IMG/VR virus record: IMGVR_UViG_3300047548_001236
Coordinates: 186,001-250,000 of that record
DNA: 64,000 nt
Strand: one strand, 5' to 3'
Shown: piece by piece, positions 19,408 to 28,944 of the stretch
Numbering within the stretch: the first letter of the stretch is position 1
How the letters are laid out: each line of letters begins with the position of its first letter
The notes under the pieces: model-generated
Told to the model about the DNA's origin: nothing
What the model saw: only the letters and a program-made list of their open reading frames with translations
The model's database searches: none
Made by a program: the position numbers and the translations under genes

Positions 19408-19707
19408 TTACGACGCCATCCTGAAATCGTCAGCAGGAATCGTCCACGAACCCATAGCCTTACGCGCATCGATTGCCTTCTCCATCAAGAACTGACAGAA
19501 CTTGCAACCTTCCACGTCGATAAACAGCTCAGGAGCAACACGAGCAACCTCGGCCATATGCTTGTGATAGTGACGGCTGTTTGCAAGGTGTTCGTCAGTC
19601 ATCGTACCCAGCGTATGCATTTGCCCACGCATACTGCCCCATGGAATATCACCAAGCACACCACCAGCCCGTTCGATCATTTCGTTCAGTTTAGTTTCGA
19701 AGTTCAT
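19408..19707 (-). CDS. hypothetical protein
   Basis: GGAG RBS; MTDEHL.N motif. Confidence 0.55.
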   Translation of the reverse strand: MNFETKLNEMIERAGGVLGDIPWGSMRGQMHTLGTMTDEHLANSRHYHKHMAEVARVAPELFIDVEGCKFCQFLMEKAIDARKAMGSWTIPADDFRMAS

Positions 19708-20169
19708 TGACAATCTCCATCATGTCATAGTCGCGGCTTGTAATGGAAGTCCCGTCCAAGTTCCACACATATTTCCAGTCTTCTGTAGTAAAAAGATCGC
19801 TACAGGTTTCGTCTTCGGCTTCCTTGAAGAACGGGAAAACCATTGTATTGTCGCGCAAACGGATCAACGTCTTGACACCATGTCGTTGGTTGATGATGAT
19901 TGTATTGGTGAACTCGTTTGGCCGATTGCGATTGTAGTGTGTTGCAGGATTCAACATCGTATCACCCGAACAAGAACACGCCGGAAGCAGCCCACACAAC
20001 GAAGATCACAAGGATCCTCCAGAAGCTGTAAGAGGTGCGATACCCACGAACATACGCCTGCAGGCGTTCCATCCGAAGCTCATCCTCAGAACGAGGACGC
20101 AGCCCGTCATACGTGATCAGTAGTAGAACGATCGAGCTGATCACAAAGATAGCCCAAGCGAGGATAGTG

Positions 20170-20424
20170 CTAAACATCGTATTTCTCCCAGTATTGTTCA
20201 ATCATTTGACCGCGAGCGAGGTCGATTTCTTCGGAGGTCAACACAACTTCGTCTCCGTTATCATCCTCAGCATAGAACTTGTAAAACTCTGGATCCTTCT
20301 CGATTTCGAAATAAGGACCGGTATCTGCCCATGCATCGTGATACCCATAGCCTTCATCATACAGTTCGGCTGACACTTCAAACTCAACACCGTCACGAGT
20401 GATGTACGCAATGTAATCAGACAT
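20170..20424 (-). CDS. acidic hypothetical early protein
   Basis: AAGGAG RBS, directly after an early promoter. Confidence 0.65.
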   Translation of the reverse strand: MSDYIAYITRDGVEFEVSAELYDEGYGYHDAWADTGPYFEIEKDPEFYKFYAEDDNGDEVVLTSEEIDLARGQMIEQYWEKYDV

Positions 20425-20446
20425 GTGTATCTCCTTTGTTAACGAA

Positions 20447-20475
20447 CATATAAGACATGTGGCGTTGGTTGTCAA
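20447..20475 (-). promoter_or_regulatory. sigma70-type early promoter
   Basis: TTGACA-N17-TATATG. Confidence 0.8.
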
Positions 20476-20489
20476 CTCGAATAATAAGG

Positions 20490-20515
20490 AAAGAGCGGCC
20501 GAAGCCGCTCTTTTT
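20490..20515. terminator. intrinsic terminator (UUCG loop on the minus strand; possibly bidirectional)
   Basis: AAAGAGCGGC-cgaa-GCCGCTCTTT. Confidence 0.8.
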
Positions 20516-21135
20516 TAGCCTTCCGACGTAACTTGCATCCTTCGCTTAAGATACAATAGAAGTAGACCATAAAGTGGTAGGAACACGATTGCGCCGACAG
20601 CAATCTTAATCACAACTTGCGATGTTGCAATAGCAACCCAGTTGGCAGCCATGTAAGCATCTGCCGAGCCTTTGAATGCTACAGCAAAAAACGTGTAGGT
20701 GTCAATTACGTTACTTGCAACTGTCGAAAGAGCAGGAGCTGCCCACCAGTTCGTGGTAAACTTTTCACGAACGAGTTGGAATACGTAAACATCGAGTAGC
20801 GTACCAACGGCATATGCGGTAGCACTAGCAAGACCAATTCGCAGAGCGACTGATAGAGGAGCGCCTGTCAAAAGGACAACAGCGATAGAGCTGATGATAG
20901 CTAACGGATAAGCCGCTGCAATTGTCGAACGCGCGATGTTTTTTCCAAGCAATCTAACAGTCAAGTCAGTTGCGAGGACAACGAATGGGAAGGTGAAGGC
21001 CGACCAGTTCATCATAATTCCAAACACCGTCAGTGGAATGCCGACCAGTGCGTTAGACACTGTGATGATTACAACATGCAGTAGTGCAAGTTTTATCACC
21101 ATTGAGGTGTCTACCCCTTCAAAAAATTTCAACAT
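20515..21135 (-). CDS. yhhQ: queuosine precursor (preQ0/preQ1) transporter, YhhQ/VUT family
   Basis: SN.LV..P, W.AFTFPF..LATDLTVR..G...AR, RI..AS..AY..G.LLDV.VF, WW.AP..S, IDT..FF motifs. Confidence 0.88.
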   Translation of the reverse strand: MLKFFEGVDTSMVIKLALLHVVIITVSNALVGIPLTVFGIMMNWSAFTFPFVVLATDLTVRLLGKNIARSTIAAAYPLAIISSIAVVLLTGAPLSVALRIGLASATAYAVGTLLDVYVFQLVREKFTTNWWAAPALSTVASNVIDTYTFFAVAFKGSADAYMAANWVAIATSQVVIKIAVGAIVFLPLYGLLLLYLKRRMQVTSEG

Positions 21136-21152
21136 GATTTCTCCTTAAAGTC

Positions 21153-21383
21153 TTAGTGTTGGGCCGTTCCAAGTTGACGTCGGCCTTGTTCTGACAAGTT
21201 ATAGACGATTTGTGGTCGACCCCGCCCTTGTCGCTTGACGGTAGTAGTTTCAACAAGTCCCATATTGACTAACTTGTTCATTAGATATCTGCTGCTTGGT
21301 TGACCCATTTCCACATTCTTCAATATTGTAGCAATAGATCTCGGATCGTCAAATACAGGTCGACGCCCGCGTGGCTTATTCAT
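21153..21383 (-). CDS. small winged-helix-like DNA-binding protein
   Basis: LVNMGLVE...GRGRPQIVYNLSEQG wing motif. Confidence 0.6.
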   Translation of the reverse strand: MNKPRGRRPVFDDPRSIATILKNVEMGQPSSRYLMNKLVNMGLVETTTVKRQGRGRPQIVYNLSEQGRRQLGTAQH

Positions 21384-21928
21384 TGCGTTTTACTCCTTTC
21401 GATTGTATGTCTATTTTATCTTGTTCACAAGTAACTTTCCATTTTTCAAAGAAAAATCCATCGCCCTCAAGAACGATGGATTTATTAGGGTCTTGATATG
21501 CGGTCTTAATGTCTTCCATCATTACGGCTTTAAGGTCGTTGCATTGATCCAAAGTCATTGTTTTGGATCCCATCACAAGCACAACTGCCCCAGCATACCA
21601 TAGTGTAGCAAACATTATTTCTTGCCTCCTTGAAAGACAATCAGATCGGCGGTTTTCTTTGGTTTGGGTTGTTGTGGTGTCTTCGTCTCACCTTTGCCAA
21701 GATACACCTTACCATACTCGACTCCGTTATGTCTCGAACCCGTAAGTGTGTCTTTCTTGACGGTATCTTTGACACGTCGTTTACCACAGCACGAGCAAAC
21801 CTGATACCACACCATGTGTTTAATTGGACCCCAGTTCTTGTCTTCATATGTTGTGGTAAAGCAATCTGTCATTTCGATTGTCCGGTACTTATGCAGACCA
21901 ATAGAGCACCCTAGTTTTTGAAACACCA

Positions 21929-22657
21929 TTACATTTCCTCACACCTTGCAGATAGCAATTCGGGATAGATCTCCCATCGACGGATCATAGTTTTCATTCG
22001 GAACCCATAACTTGTAATCACGCACTTCTGCCAGCCAGGAGCGATAGGAGCAGCGATGTAGTCGGGATAAAAGAAGTTGCCTTTGTTCAACAGACTCCAC
22101 ACTTGTGCAAACTCTGTAGGCTCGATACGGAAGTAGAGACTTTCGTCTTCCGAGCATGAGAAGTTTTCACCTTCTACAACGGTTGCTTCACAACCTTGAA
22201 CTGAAAATAGATTTTCGTCGGGATTGATCTCTTGTGCATTAGACAGATACACAATCTCGTCCACACGTCCTGTTGCCAAATACAAAGTAGAATGCCACAC
22301 AAAAGACGCAATGCTAACTGCAAACCATACTGTCAGCACTGTACCAGCGAGAGTGTATGCGCCCCGCTTACGCGAGAACACGCGTTGCCCATCAACCGTC
22401 GCGTATGCAAATCGATCCCAGATCTTGCGATAATTACGCCAAAGGAACCCAATCCCCAGCCAGTAGATGATTTTCCAAACAGGAGCTAAAAACGTGTTCC
22501 ACACGATTAGTGCAGATGAAGCAATCTGCATCCAAAACGTGTGCAAAAACCCAAATTTAGTCTTGGTCTTACCCAAGAACGAATTTGCATCGTTCTTGGC
22601 CTTTTCAATCTCTTCTTGAGCGAGTTCTTTAAGAATTTGGTTGACACGATCATTCAT
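21929..22657 (-). CDS. membrane protein
   Basis: 2-3 TM segments plus a Cys-containing C-terminal domain. Confidence 0.65.
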   Translation of the reverse strand: MNDRVNQILKELAQEEIEKAKNDANSFLGKTKTKFGFLHTFWMQIASSALIVWNTFLAPVWKIIYWLGIGFLWRNYRKIWDRFAYATVDGQRVFSRKRGAYTLAGTVLTVWFAVSIASFVWHSTLYLATGRVDEIVYLSNAQEINPDENLFSVQGCEATVVEGENFSCSEDESLYFRIEPTEFAQVWSLLNKGNFFYPDYIAAPIAPGWQKCVITSYGFRMKTMIRRWEIYPELLSARCEEM

Positions 22658-22934
22658 GATTTACCCTGTTGATTGATAAAGTCTTCTAGCACTGGCCTGA
22701 TCACCCTCCGCATGATTTCAGCAGCGGTCTCATCCATTTCATCACCTCGAATATCTGAATACCAGTGGTATCGAGGATTCCCGTTCTTATCCTTTTCCAG
22801 GATAGGGATTCCTAACGACACCGAATCGTTAACATCAAATTTGAGATAATCGTCGATGGTTGTGACCTCATCTATCACAGCTTTTAGTGAAATATCAACA
22901 GCTCTTTCGAGCTGTTCTTTCGTGAGGCCGCTCA

Positions 22935-25088
22935 TCAAGCGGCCTCACTCTTACGATTGGTAAACTGTGTGTCAAACGCCTTGGTTTCTTTGTTGTAAAC
23001 AAGTTCGAGAACAGTCCCTTGGATATCGTTTTCGAGGATCATATTGACAATCAGCGGTTCGATGTTTGCAACAACATACCCCTGCAGACCACGAGCACCG
23101 TGACGAGGCTGATAGTGATCAGCACAGAATGCTTTGATGCATTCGTCTGAGTAGACAATCTCCACACCACTTTGTTTGTATGCCGACTTCAAGCCGTTCA
23201 GCTCACGCTTGACAATCTTTTCGATCGAATCCAGCCCAAGTCGATCAAAACATACGATGTTCTGCCGACCAGCGAAGCGGTTGAGGAATTCTGGACGATA
23301 GACGCTATCCAGCTCCACGTTAGCAAGACGCTCAGCCTCTTCTGGAGAAAGAGTCTCGTCGAGGAAGAACGTTTGACCGATATTGGTCGTCATGATCACC
23401 ATCGACTCCGAGAAGTTGACCGTGCGACCGTGGTTATCGGTCAGGCGACCATCCGACAGAATCTGCAGGAACAGGTCGAACACAGCAGGGTCGGCTTTCT
23501 CAATTTCATCAAACAGAATGATGCGGTGAGGGTTCTGACGCATAGCATTGGTCAGGATACCACCACGTTCGCTACCTTCATAACCAGCAGGAGCACCAAT
23601 CAGCTTTGCGACAGAGTGCTTTTCCATGTATTCCGACATGTCGAAGCGAGTCAGAGCAGATTCATCGTCCTTGAGAGCATGAGCCAATGCTTTACAGACT
23701 TCCGTCTTACCAGTACCAGAAGGGCCCATGATCAGGAACGCTGCTTGAGGCTTGCCACCATTACGACGGCCAATACGTGCGACTTTGATCGCGTTGGCAA
23801 TCTTGTGAATCACTTCCTCCTGACCAAACACACGAGCGTTCAGCAGAGCTTCTAGGTTGCGAAGTTTCACTTTCTCATCCTCATTCAGCTTGGAAACAGG
23901 AATGCCCGACAGACGGCTAAACTCAGCAAGCACTTTTTCTTTCGTCAGAGCCAGTTGAGAGTTGATCTGCTCAGTCAACATATCAAACTCGGCACGGTTC
24001 TCGTTGATCACAAGTTCGTACTGACGAATCTGATTGCGGAGCTCGCGGACTGCAGGAGATTCAAAGCCACCCGAAGCTGCAACGCTCGCAAACATCTGGA
24101 TGCGACGAGAGTTTGCATCGGCTTCAACGACATCCTTTGCAGGAGGATTCTCAGCTTCCTCTTTCTTGATAGCAGCAATTTGCTCCTCAAGATCGATGAT
24201 AGCCACCTCACCATCACGCTGCAGTTGGAATAGCTCTTTGATGCGAGCTTGCGTCTTTGCATACTCCTGATCAAGAGCAATGATACGAGGATCATCTTCC
24301 TTGACGCCAGATGCGAGAAGATACGTCACTTGTGGATGTCGCTTGTGTGCATCAAGACGGTACGTTGCAAGAGCACGGTCAAGCAGGTTGCCAGAACGTT
24401 CAGGCTGAGCGCGTGACAAGCTGGCGTCACGTGAACGATACTTGTTTGTCAACTCGATTGCGGTCAGAACTGCATCATCTTCAATACGGATGTCGTGGTG
24501 TTTTGTCAGACCAAGAGCATTCGAACGAACAATGTCAATCAGATCCTGACCAAATGGCTCGTTCAGATCAATGATCGTATAGCATTGCTTCATGTCCGAG
24601 TGAGCAGCAAGAATCATGTCCAAATCAGGATCACGAGCTTCGAGGATCACTTGCGTGTGACCAGCCTTGACGGAAGCATTGAGCGAGTTGATGAAGTGAC
24701 TGCAGCCGTTGTTGCGTGCAGCCTCGATGAAGTCCCGAGTGTCTTCGATGATCAGAATAGAATCAGGAGTGCGCTTGAGGATCGTCAGTACCCCATTGAA
24801 CCCCTTGTTGATCTCTTCGTGATTGCCCGAAGCAAACAGCTCATCAACTTTCAGCCAGAACAGTCGTTTAGAGATGATATCGAACGGAACGTTAGGATCG
24901 TTCTTAAGAGCCTGGAGACCCATCACAAGTGCCGAAGCGCCTACACCACCAGGACCGACCAGAATGACTGATGCGGCTTTATTCCGCATCAGTACAGAAG
25001 TCAGACGCTTCATATCGTCAGCACGCCCGACCAGTTTGAAGTCGGGGTACTGTTTCAGAAGCTCATTACCAGTAATCAGATACTGCAT
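22935..25088 (-). CDS. ClpB-like AAA+ ATPase (no N-domain; degenerate NBD1)
   Basis: NBD2 GPSGTGKT, FDMSEYMEKHSVAKLIGAPAGY, DEIEKA, RPEFLNR, GAR; NBD1 GPGGVGAS; coiled-coil middle domain. Confidence 0.9.
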   Translation of the reverse strand: MQYLITGNELLKQYPDFKLVGRADDMKRLTSVLMRNKAASVILVGPGGVGASALVMGLQALKNDPNVPFDIISKRLFWLKVDELFASGNHEEINKGFNGVLTILKRTPDSILIIEDTRDFIEAARNNGCSHFINSLNASVKAGHTQVILEARDPDLDMILAAHSDMKQCYTIIDLNEPFGQDLIDIVRSNALGLTKHHDIRIEDDAVLTAIELTNKYRSRDASLSRAQPERSGNLLDRALATYRLDAHKRHPQVTYLLASGVKEDDPRIIALDQEYAKTQARIKELFQLQRDGEVAIIDLEEQIAAIKKEEAENPPAKDVVEADANSRRIQMFASVAASGGFESPAVRELRNQIRQYELVINENRAEFDMLTEQINSQLALTKEKVLAEFSRLSGIPVSKLNEDEKVKLRNLEALLNARVFGQEEVIHKIANAIKVARIGRRNGGKPQAAFLIMGPSGTGKTEVCKALAHALKDDESALTRFDMSEYMEKHSVAKLIGAPAGYEGSERGGILTNAMRQNPHRIILFDEIEKADPAVFDLFLQILSDGRLTDNHGRTVNFSESMVIMTTNIGQTFFLDETLSPEEAERLANVELDSVYRPEFLNRFAGRQNIVCFDRLGLDSIEKIVKRELNGLKSAYKQSGVEIVYSDECIKAFCADHYQPRHGARGLQGYVVANIEPLIVNMILENDIQGTVLELVYNKETKAFDTQFTNRKSEAA

Positions 25089-25103
25089 TTATGTTTCCTT
25101 TGA

Positions 25104-26768
25104 TCAGAAATTGAACGGACGCTTGACTTTGGCAACGGGTTCGTCATTAGCTGCCTTTTGATCAGCCCCCATGACAATATCCGCCACCACAGCCTTGGAT
25201 TCAAGGACAGTCTGTGCGACTTCCTCAGCAGTTTTCTGCATCACTTCCAGATTCTCACGCATGGTTTGAATACCATTACGAGTGAACTCGGTAGCAACCT
25301 TGTTGACTTCGCCATACTGAGCCAGGCTCTCGATAGCCCGAACCAGATCGTTGTTGCGCTCTTGGTAGCCCATAGCAATCCGCATCGACTCCTTCTGAGC
25401 GATAACGTCAGTGTTGTTGGCCATCGCGTTCAGAGTTTCAGCTGTCATGGCATTCGACTCGGCGATAGCAGCAGCGCCGACCGCTTGGATGACAGTCGAC
25501 AGACGATCAGCAACACCAGCAACACCACGCGCGTGCATGTCACGAGCCATCTGGATCTGTTGCTGGTTCGCGTCCCGCATGTTCTTGATGCGGATCGAAG
25601 CCGAGGTCAGATCAGCGACAGTTGCAGTCGTATCGACTGCCGAAACTTCCAGCATCTGGATGTGTTCGTCAAGATCACGCTGCTTGGTTTCACGAGTGAG
25701 CTTCTGCACCATATTCTCGTTTTCACCAGGAACGAGAATCTGCTCACGCATCTTTTTGTTCTCGTTTTCAGCGCCTTTGACACCTTCACCAAGAATTGCA
25801 TAGATAAAGCTCATCTGGCCGTTCGCATCTTCCAGATTCTTCGTCTGATCGCCCATGTGAGCAAGGTGACCACGAATCGTCTCGATCTTTTCCTTGGAGG
25901 TCTGAACGAAGTTGACCGCCGACTTGATCAGATTCTCAGACCGCTTCTGGTGATCTTCGGTCGCCAGGTTCAGCATGTCTTTCAGCTTCGCCTTTGCTTC
26001 TTGGTTGGTGATCTTCGATTCAACCGTGGTCTGGTTAGCACGAGCAGCTTCCGCCTCTGCCGCAATCTTTTGCAGCTCAGCAGCAGCATTTTCCATTGCG
26101 ACTTTGTTGCGAGCAATCTTCTCGACCGATTCGGCTTTGATGCCACCGAAGCCAAAGAAGCCCTTGTTCTGCTCTTCGACACGGTTCTGAGCTTTCAGTT
26201 CATCGATGCGAGATTGCACCTTGGTGATCTGCTCATCCAGTTCACGCTGACGCTGAGCAATCGCTTCCTGACGCTTCTCTTCATCTTTGATTTCACGGAA
26301 AGCATCCAGAGTCTGATTCTCGGCACGCAGAACATGCAAAGCATCGATGATATCCGTCAGAGGCTTCATGTCGTTTTCAAAATCGATCAGAGCTGTATTG
26401 ATGTCCTCGAACACTTGCTTAAGCGTTGCGAAATTTTTGGTGTCGGACATCTTGATGATCTGCGTCGCCATCGCTTCACGCTCAGCTTGCAGATACTCTT
26501 TAAACAGATCGAACGCTTTGACACGCTCACGATTCTCTTCACGAGTACCAGCAAACGTCAGCAGCTTCGTAACGGCTGCTTGCTTGGCTTCCGGCGACAG
26601 AGCTTCATCAAAAATCGTCTTGAAGAAGGGATTGGTTTCAATATTCGCAAAGCGAGAATCCTTCGCCTTGGTTTCCTCCTTCTGCTTCGCAGTCGGAGTT
26701 GCACGACCCCGAACGGCCAGGATTTCTTCCAGCTGCTGCTGACGGGAAAGTTGTGCAGATGCGCTCAT
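25104..26768 (-). CDS. long coiled-coil protein, possibly TelA/KlaA-like
   Basis: all-helical composition, KGFFGFGG motif; upstream of the ClpB-like gene. Confidence 0.5.
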   Translation of the reverse strand: MSASAQLSRQQQLEEILAVRGRATPTAKQKEETKAKDSRFANIETNPFFKTIFDEALSPEAKQAAVTKLLTFAGTREENRERVKAFDLFKEYLQAEREAMATQIIKMSDTKNFATLKQVFEDINTALIDFENDMKPLTDIIDALHVLRAENQTLDAFREIKDEEKRQEAIAQRQRELDEQITKVQSRIDELKAQNRVEEQNKGFFGFGGIKAESVEKIARNKVAMENAAAELQKIAAEAEAARANQTTVESKITNQEAKAKLKDMLNLATEDHQKRSENLIKSAVNFVQTSKEKIETIRGHLAHMGDQTKNLEDANGQMSFIYAILGEGVKGAENENKKMREQILVPGENENMVQKLTRETKQRDLDEHIQMLEVSAVDTTATVADLTSASIRIKNMRDANQQQIQMARDMHARGVAGVADRLSTVIQAVGAAAIAESNAMTAETLNAMANNTDVIAQKESMRIAMGYQERNNDLVRAIESLAQYGEVNKVATEFTRNGIQTMRENLEVMQKTAEEVAQTVLESKAVVADIVMGADQKAANDEPVAKVKRPFNF

Positions 26769-26812
26769 ATTATAGATCTCCTCTTGAGATGAATGTTGTC
26801 ATGTAGGTAGTG

Positions 26813-26841
26813 ATATTATTGTATTTCGTTCAGGAATGCAA
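26813..26841 (-). promoter_or_regulatory. sigma70-type promoter
   Basis: TTGCAT-N17-TAATAT. Confidence 0.55.
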
Positions 26842-26850
26842 CTGCTATTT

Positions 26851-27195
26851 TTACAAAAGTGTGGACAGCATGATACCAATGATGCCAACCAACAGAAGAG
26901 CCATAGAGGTAGACCTCGACTGATGGTACTTTGTACTCAAATTCAAGTACTGTTTATGAAGAGCCCGGTACCGTTCATGGGTCAAGTTTGCCTGAGCCCG
27001 AAGAAGTGAAATTTCTTGATGGGCTTGTTTGATTGTATCGTGGTATTCCTTCATGTTTTCGTGGATAGTAGAGCTTGTATCAGCCGTTTTGGAAGGCGTA
27101 CCTCCACGCTTGCGTGCCATGCGCAAGCAAGCGATCGCTTCATCTTCGGATGACGTACTCATTGCCTTAGCTAGCAAGTCGTTCACAGTGGCCAT
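26851..27195 (-). CDS. hypothetical protein with coiled coil and C-terminal TM
   Basis: LLAKAMSTSSEDEAIACL N-terminus; hydrophobic tail. Confidence 0.65.
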   Translation of the reverse strand: MATVNDLLAKAMSTSSEDEAIACLRMARKRGGTPSKTADTSSTIHENMKEYHDTIKQAHQEISLLRAQANLTHERYRALHKQYLNLSTKYHQSRSTSMALLLVGIIGIMLSTLL

Positions 27196-27230
27196 TAACG
27201 GATCCTTTAATTTTTCGGATTGGTATCGCG

Positions 27231-27259
27231 ATCATACATCGCGGTTTGCAAGGTTTCAA
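27231..27259 (-). promoter_or_regulatory. sigma70-type promoter
   Basis: TTGAAA-N17-TATGAT. Confidence 0.65.
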
Positions 27260-27265
27260 CTGTTT

Positions 27266-27273
27266 TATAAATA
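27266..27273 (+). promoter_or_regulatory. T4-type late promoter for the plus-strand operon
   Basis: TATAAATA 30 nt before ATG 27304. Confidence 0.85.
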
Positions 27274-27303
27274 GGTCATGTGGAATTTTGTTAGGGCCTT
27301 AAC

Positions 27304-28944
27304 ATGTTGAAATTTAAGCAGTATATCGTAGAATATCTGACGGACGAGCAAAGAGCTCGCTATAAGCAGTACAAGATGACACCGAAAGCTCGTCGTGACA
27401 CCGACCATTTTTTTGGTAAGGGTGTCGATGAGGTTCACGGTGAGATTGCCAACGACGACAAGTCAGAGATCCACACACGTCTGGAGAATCACCTTGGACA
27501 GCCTGTGTCACATGAAGACTACAAGCGCGGGGCAATTAAAGACAAGTATGGGCGTGATGTTAAGATCGGACGTTTGATCAAAGACAGCTCGCTGAGAAAT
27601 CAGTTTGACCAGGATCCGTCGAGGAAGCTGGAACGGGTAATTCACAAGACACGAACTGTTCGAGGAACAGAAGTAGCTGGGCAAACAAATCCTGTCCCTG
27701 ACGCTAACCACCCGACAGGTCACTCGTGGCATGATAGTAGCTGTAAGAACCTAGAGAGTGGTATCAACCGTCATTATCTACCCAAAGAAATCCAGCATGG
27801 AACGGTAGTGCATTTTGTCCACGATAGTAACGGACAAGAGATCTACAGGGCTACACTTCAACCCCACCATAACGAAAGTGGACGAGTGGCTTATAGTGTC
27901 GATGCAGAATATGGTATCAAACACCCACATTTTACAGCTGACGCTCACCGTGTTGCAACTGCTCTTAGTGGACAGTCTCGTGGTAACATTGTGCATGAGA
28001 AGCATGATGATGTTTACAATGACAATGGTGAGGAAACTATGATTCATCCAAAAGCCAGCGACGCGCAGTTGATGAAGCATCTTAAGACAGGTAATTGGTC
28101 TACAAAGTATGCCGTGCTCAAGCACCCAAATCTAAATCACAAGCATTTGATGCAGGCTGTTAAAGATGAGGACGAAGATAACGTGATGACCGCGTTGTCA
28201 CATCCAAATATAACGCACGAACACATTGAAAAGGCTATGAACAGACCTGATGCAAGCGACGAGTTGATAGGCATTGCCGCCAGCAACCCTAAAGCGACGT
28301 TAGAGCAACTGCAAAAAGGGCTTTCGTACCGTAGTGCTAGTGTTAGATATGAGGCAATGAAAAGTCCTAACGTGACGCCGGATATGTTGTCGAAGCTACA
28401 AGATGATAAGGATCGCCGAGTACGTTCTGCGGTTATAAAGCATCCTAATGCAGACGTATCTCATTTGAACCGCGCTATCAATGACCACGACTGGATGGTG
28501 CGAGCTGCCGTCGCCCGTAACAGCAAAGCACAGCCTCATCATCTTGATCAACTTGTGAACGACGAAGACAGCGATGTGGTCCACGCAGCGTCAAACAACC
28601 GTAACCTTTCCGCGGATCATATCACAAAAATCATGAAAAGCCCATTTGCTGACGCAAAGAAAAACGTGTTGTATCACAATAACTTCAATCCATCCCATCT
28701 CGGTATTGCAATACACGATAAGGATCCTGAGATCAGTATGTTGGCAGCTACCAATCACAGAGATATGTTGACACCAGAACATCTTGAGCATCTCGCTGAC
28801 CACAATAGCTGGCGTGTTAGACATACTGTCGCCAAGCACGAGCTAACGCCTATTAAAACACTCAAAAAACTAACAAAAGACGAAGACCCTGATGTTGTCC
28901 TTGCTGCTGGACAAAACCTGAAAAACAGTGAGAACCGTAAATGA
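27304..28944 (+). CDS. putative internal head protein, paralog 1 (conserved N-domain + HEAT/LRV-like repeats)
   Basis: MLKFKQYIVE N-terminus; EVAGQTNP...HSW...SCKN...HGTVVHF domain; ~24-aa HPN...D....VR repeats. Confidence 0.75.
   Translation: MLKFKQYIVEYLTDEQRARYKQYKMTPKARRDTDHFFGKGVDEVHGEIANDDKSEIHTRLENHLGQPVSHEDYKRGAIKDKYGRDVKIGRLIKDSSLRNQFDQDPSRKLERVIHKTRTVRGTEVAGQTNPVPDANHPTGHSWHDSSCKNLESGINRHYLPKEIQHGTVVHFVHDSNGQEIYRATLQPHHNESGRVAYSVDAEYGIKHPHFTADAHRVATALSGQSRGNIVHEKHDDVYNDNGEETMIHPKASDAQLMKHLKTGNWSTKYAVLKHPNLNHKHLMQAVKDEDEDNVMTALSHPNITHEHIEKAMNRPDASDELIGIAASNPKATLEQLQKGLSYRSASVRYEAMKSPNVTPDMLSKLQDDKDRRVRSAVIKHPNADVSHLNRAINDHDWMVRAAVARNSKAQPHHLDQLVNDEDSDVVHAASNNRNLSADHITKIMKSPFADAKKNVLYHNNFNPSHLGIAIHDKDPEISMLAATNHRDMLTPEHLEHLADHNSWRVRHTVAKHELTPIKTLKKLTKDEDPDVVLAAGQNLKNSENRK

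Noticed and set aside
21136-21152. preQ1 riboswitch upstream of yhhQ
   Set aside because: Only 17 nt of intergenic space; no preQ1-I stem or A-rich tail
25158-26792. 544-aa plus-strand ORF (also 40253-41479, 15110-16060, 2516-3346, 52155-52880)
   Set aside because: These are antisense shadows of strongly codon-biased minus-strand genes, with no RBS, promoter or motifs
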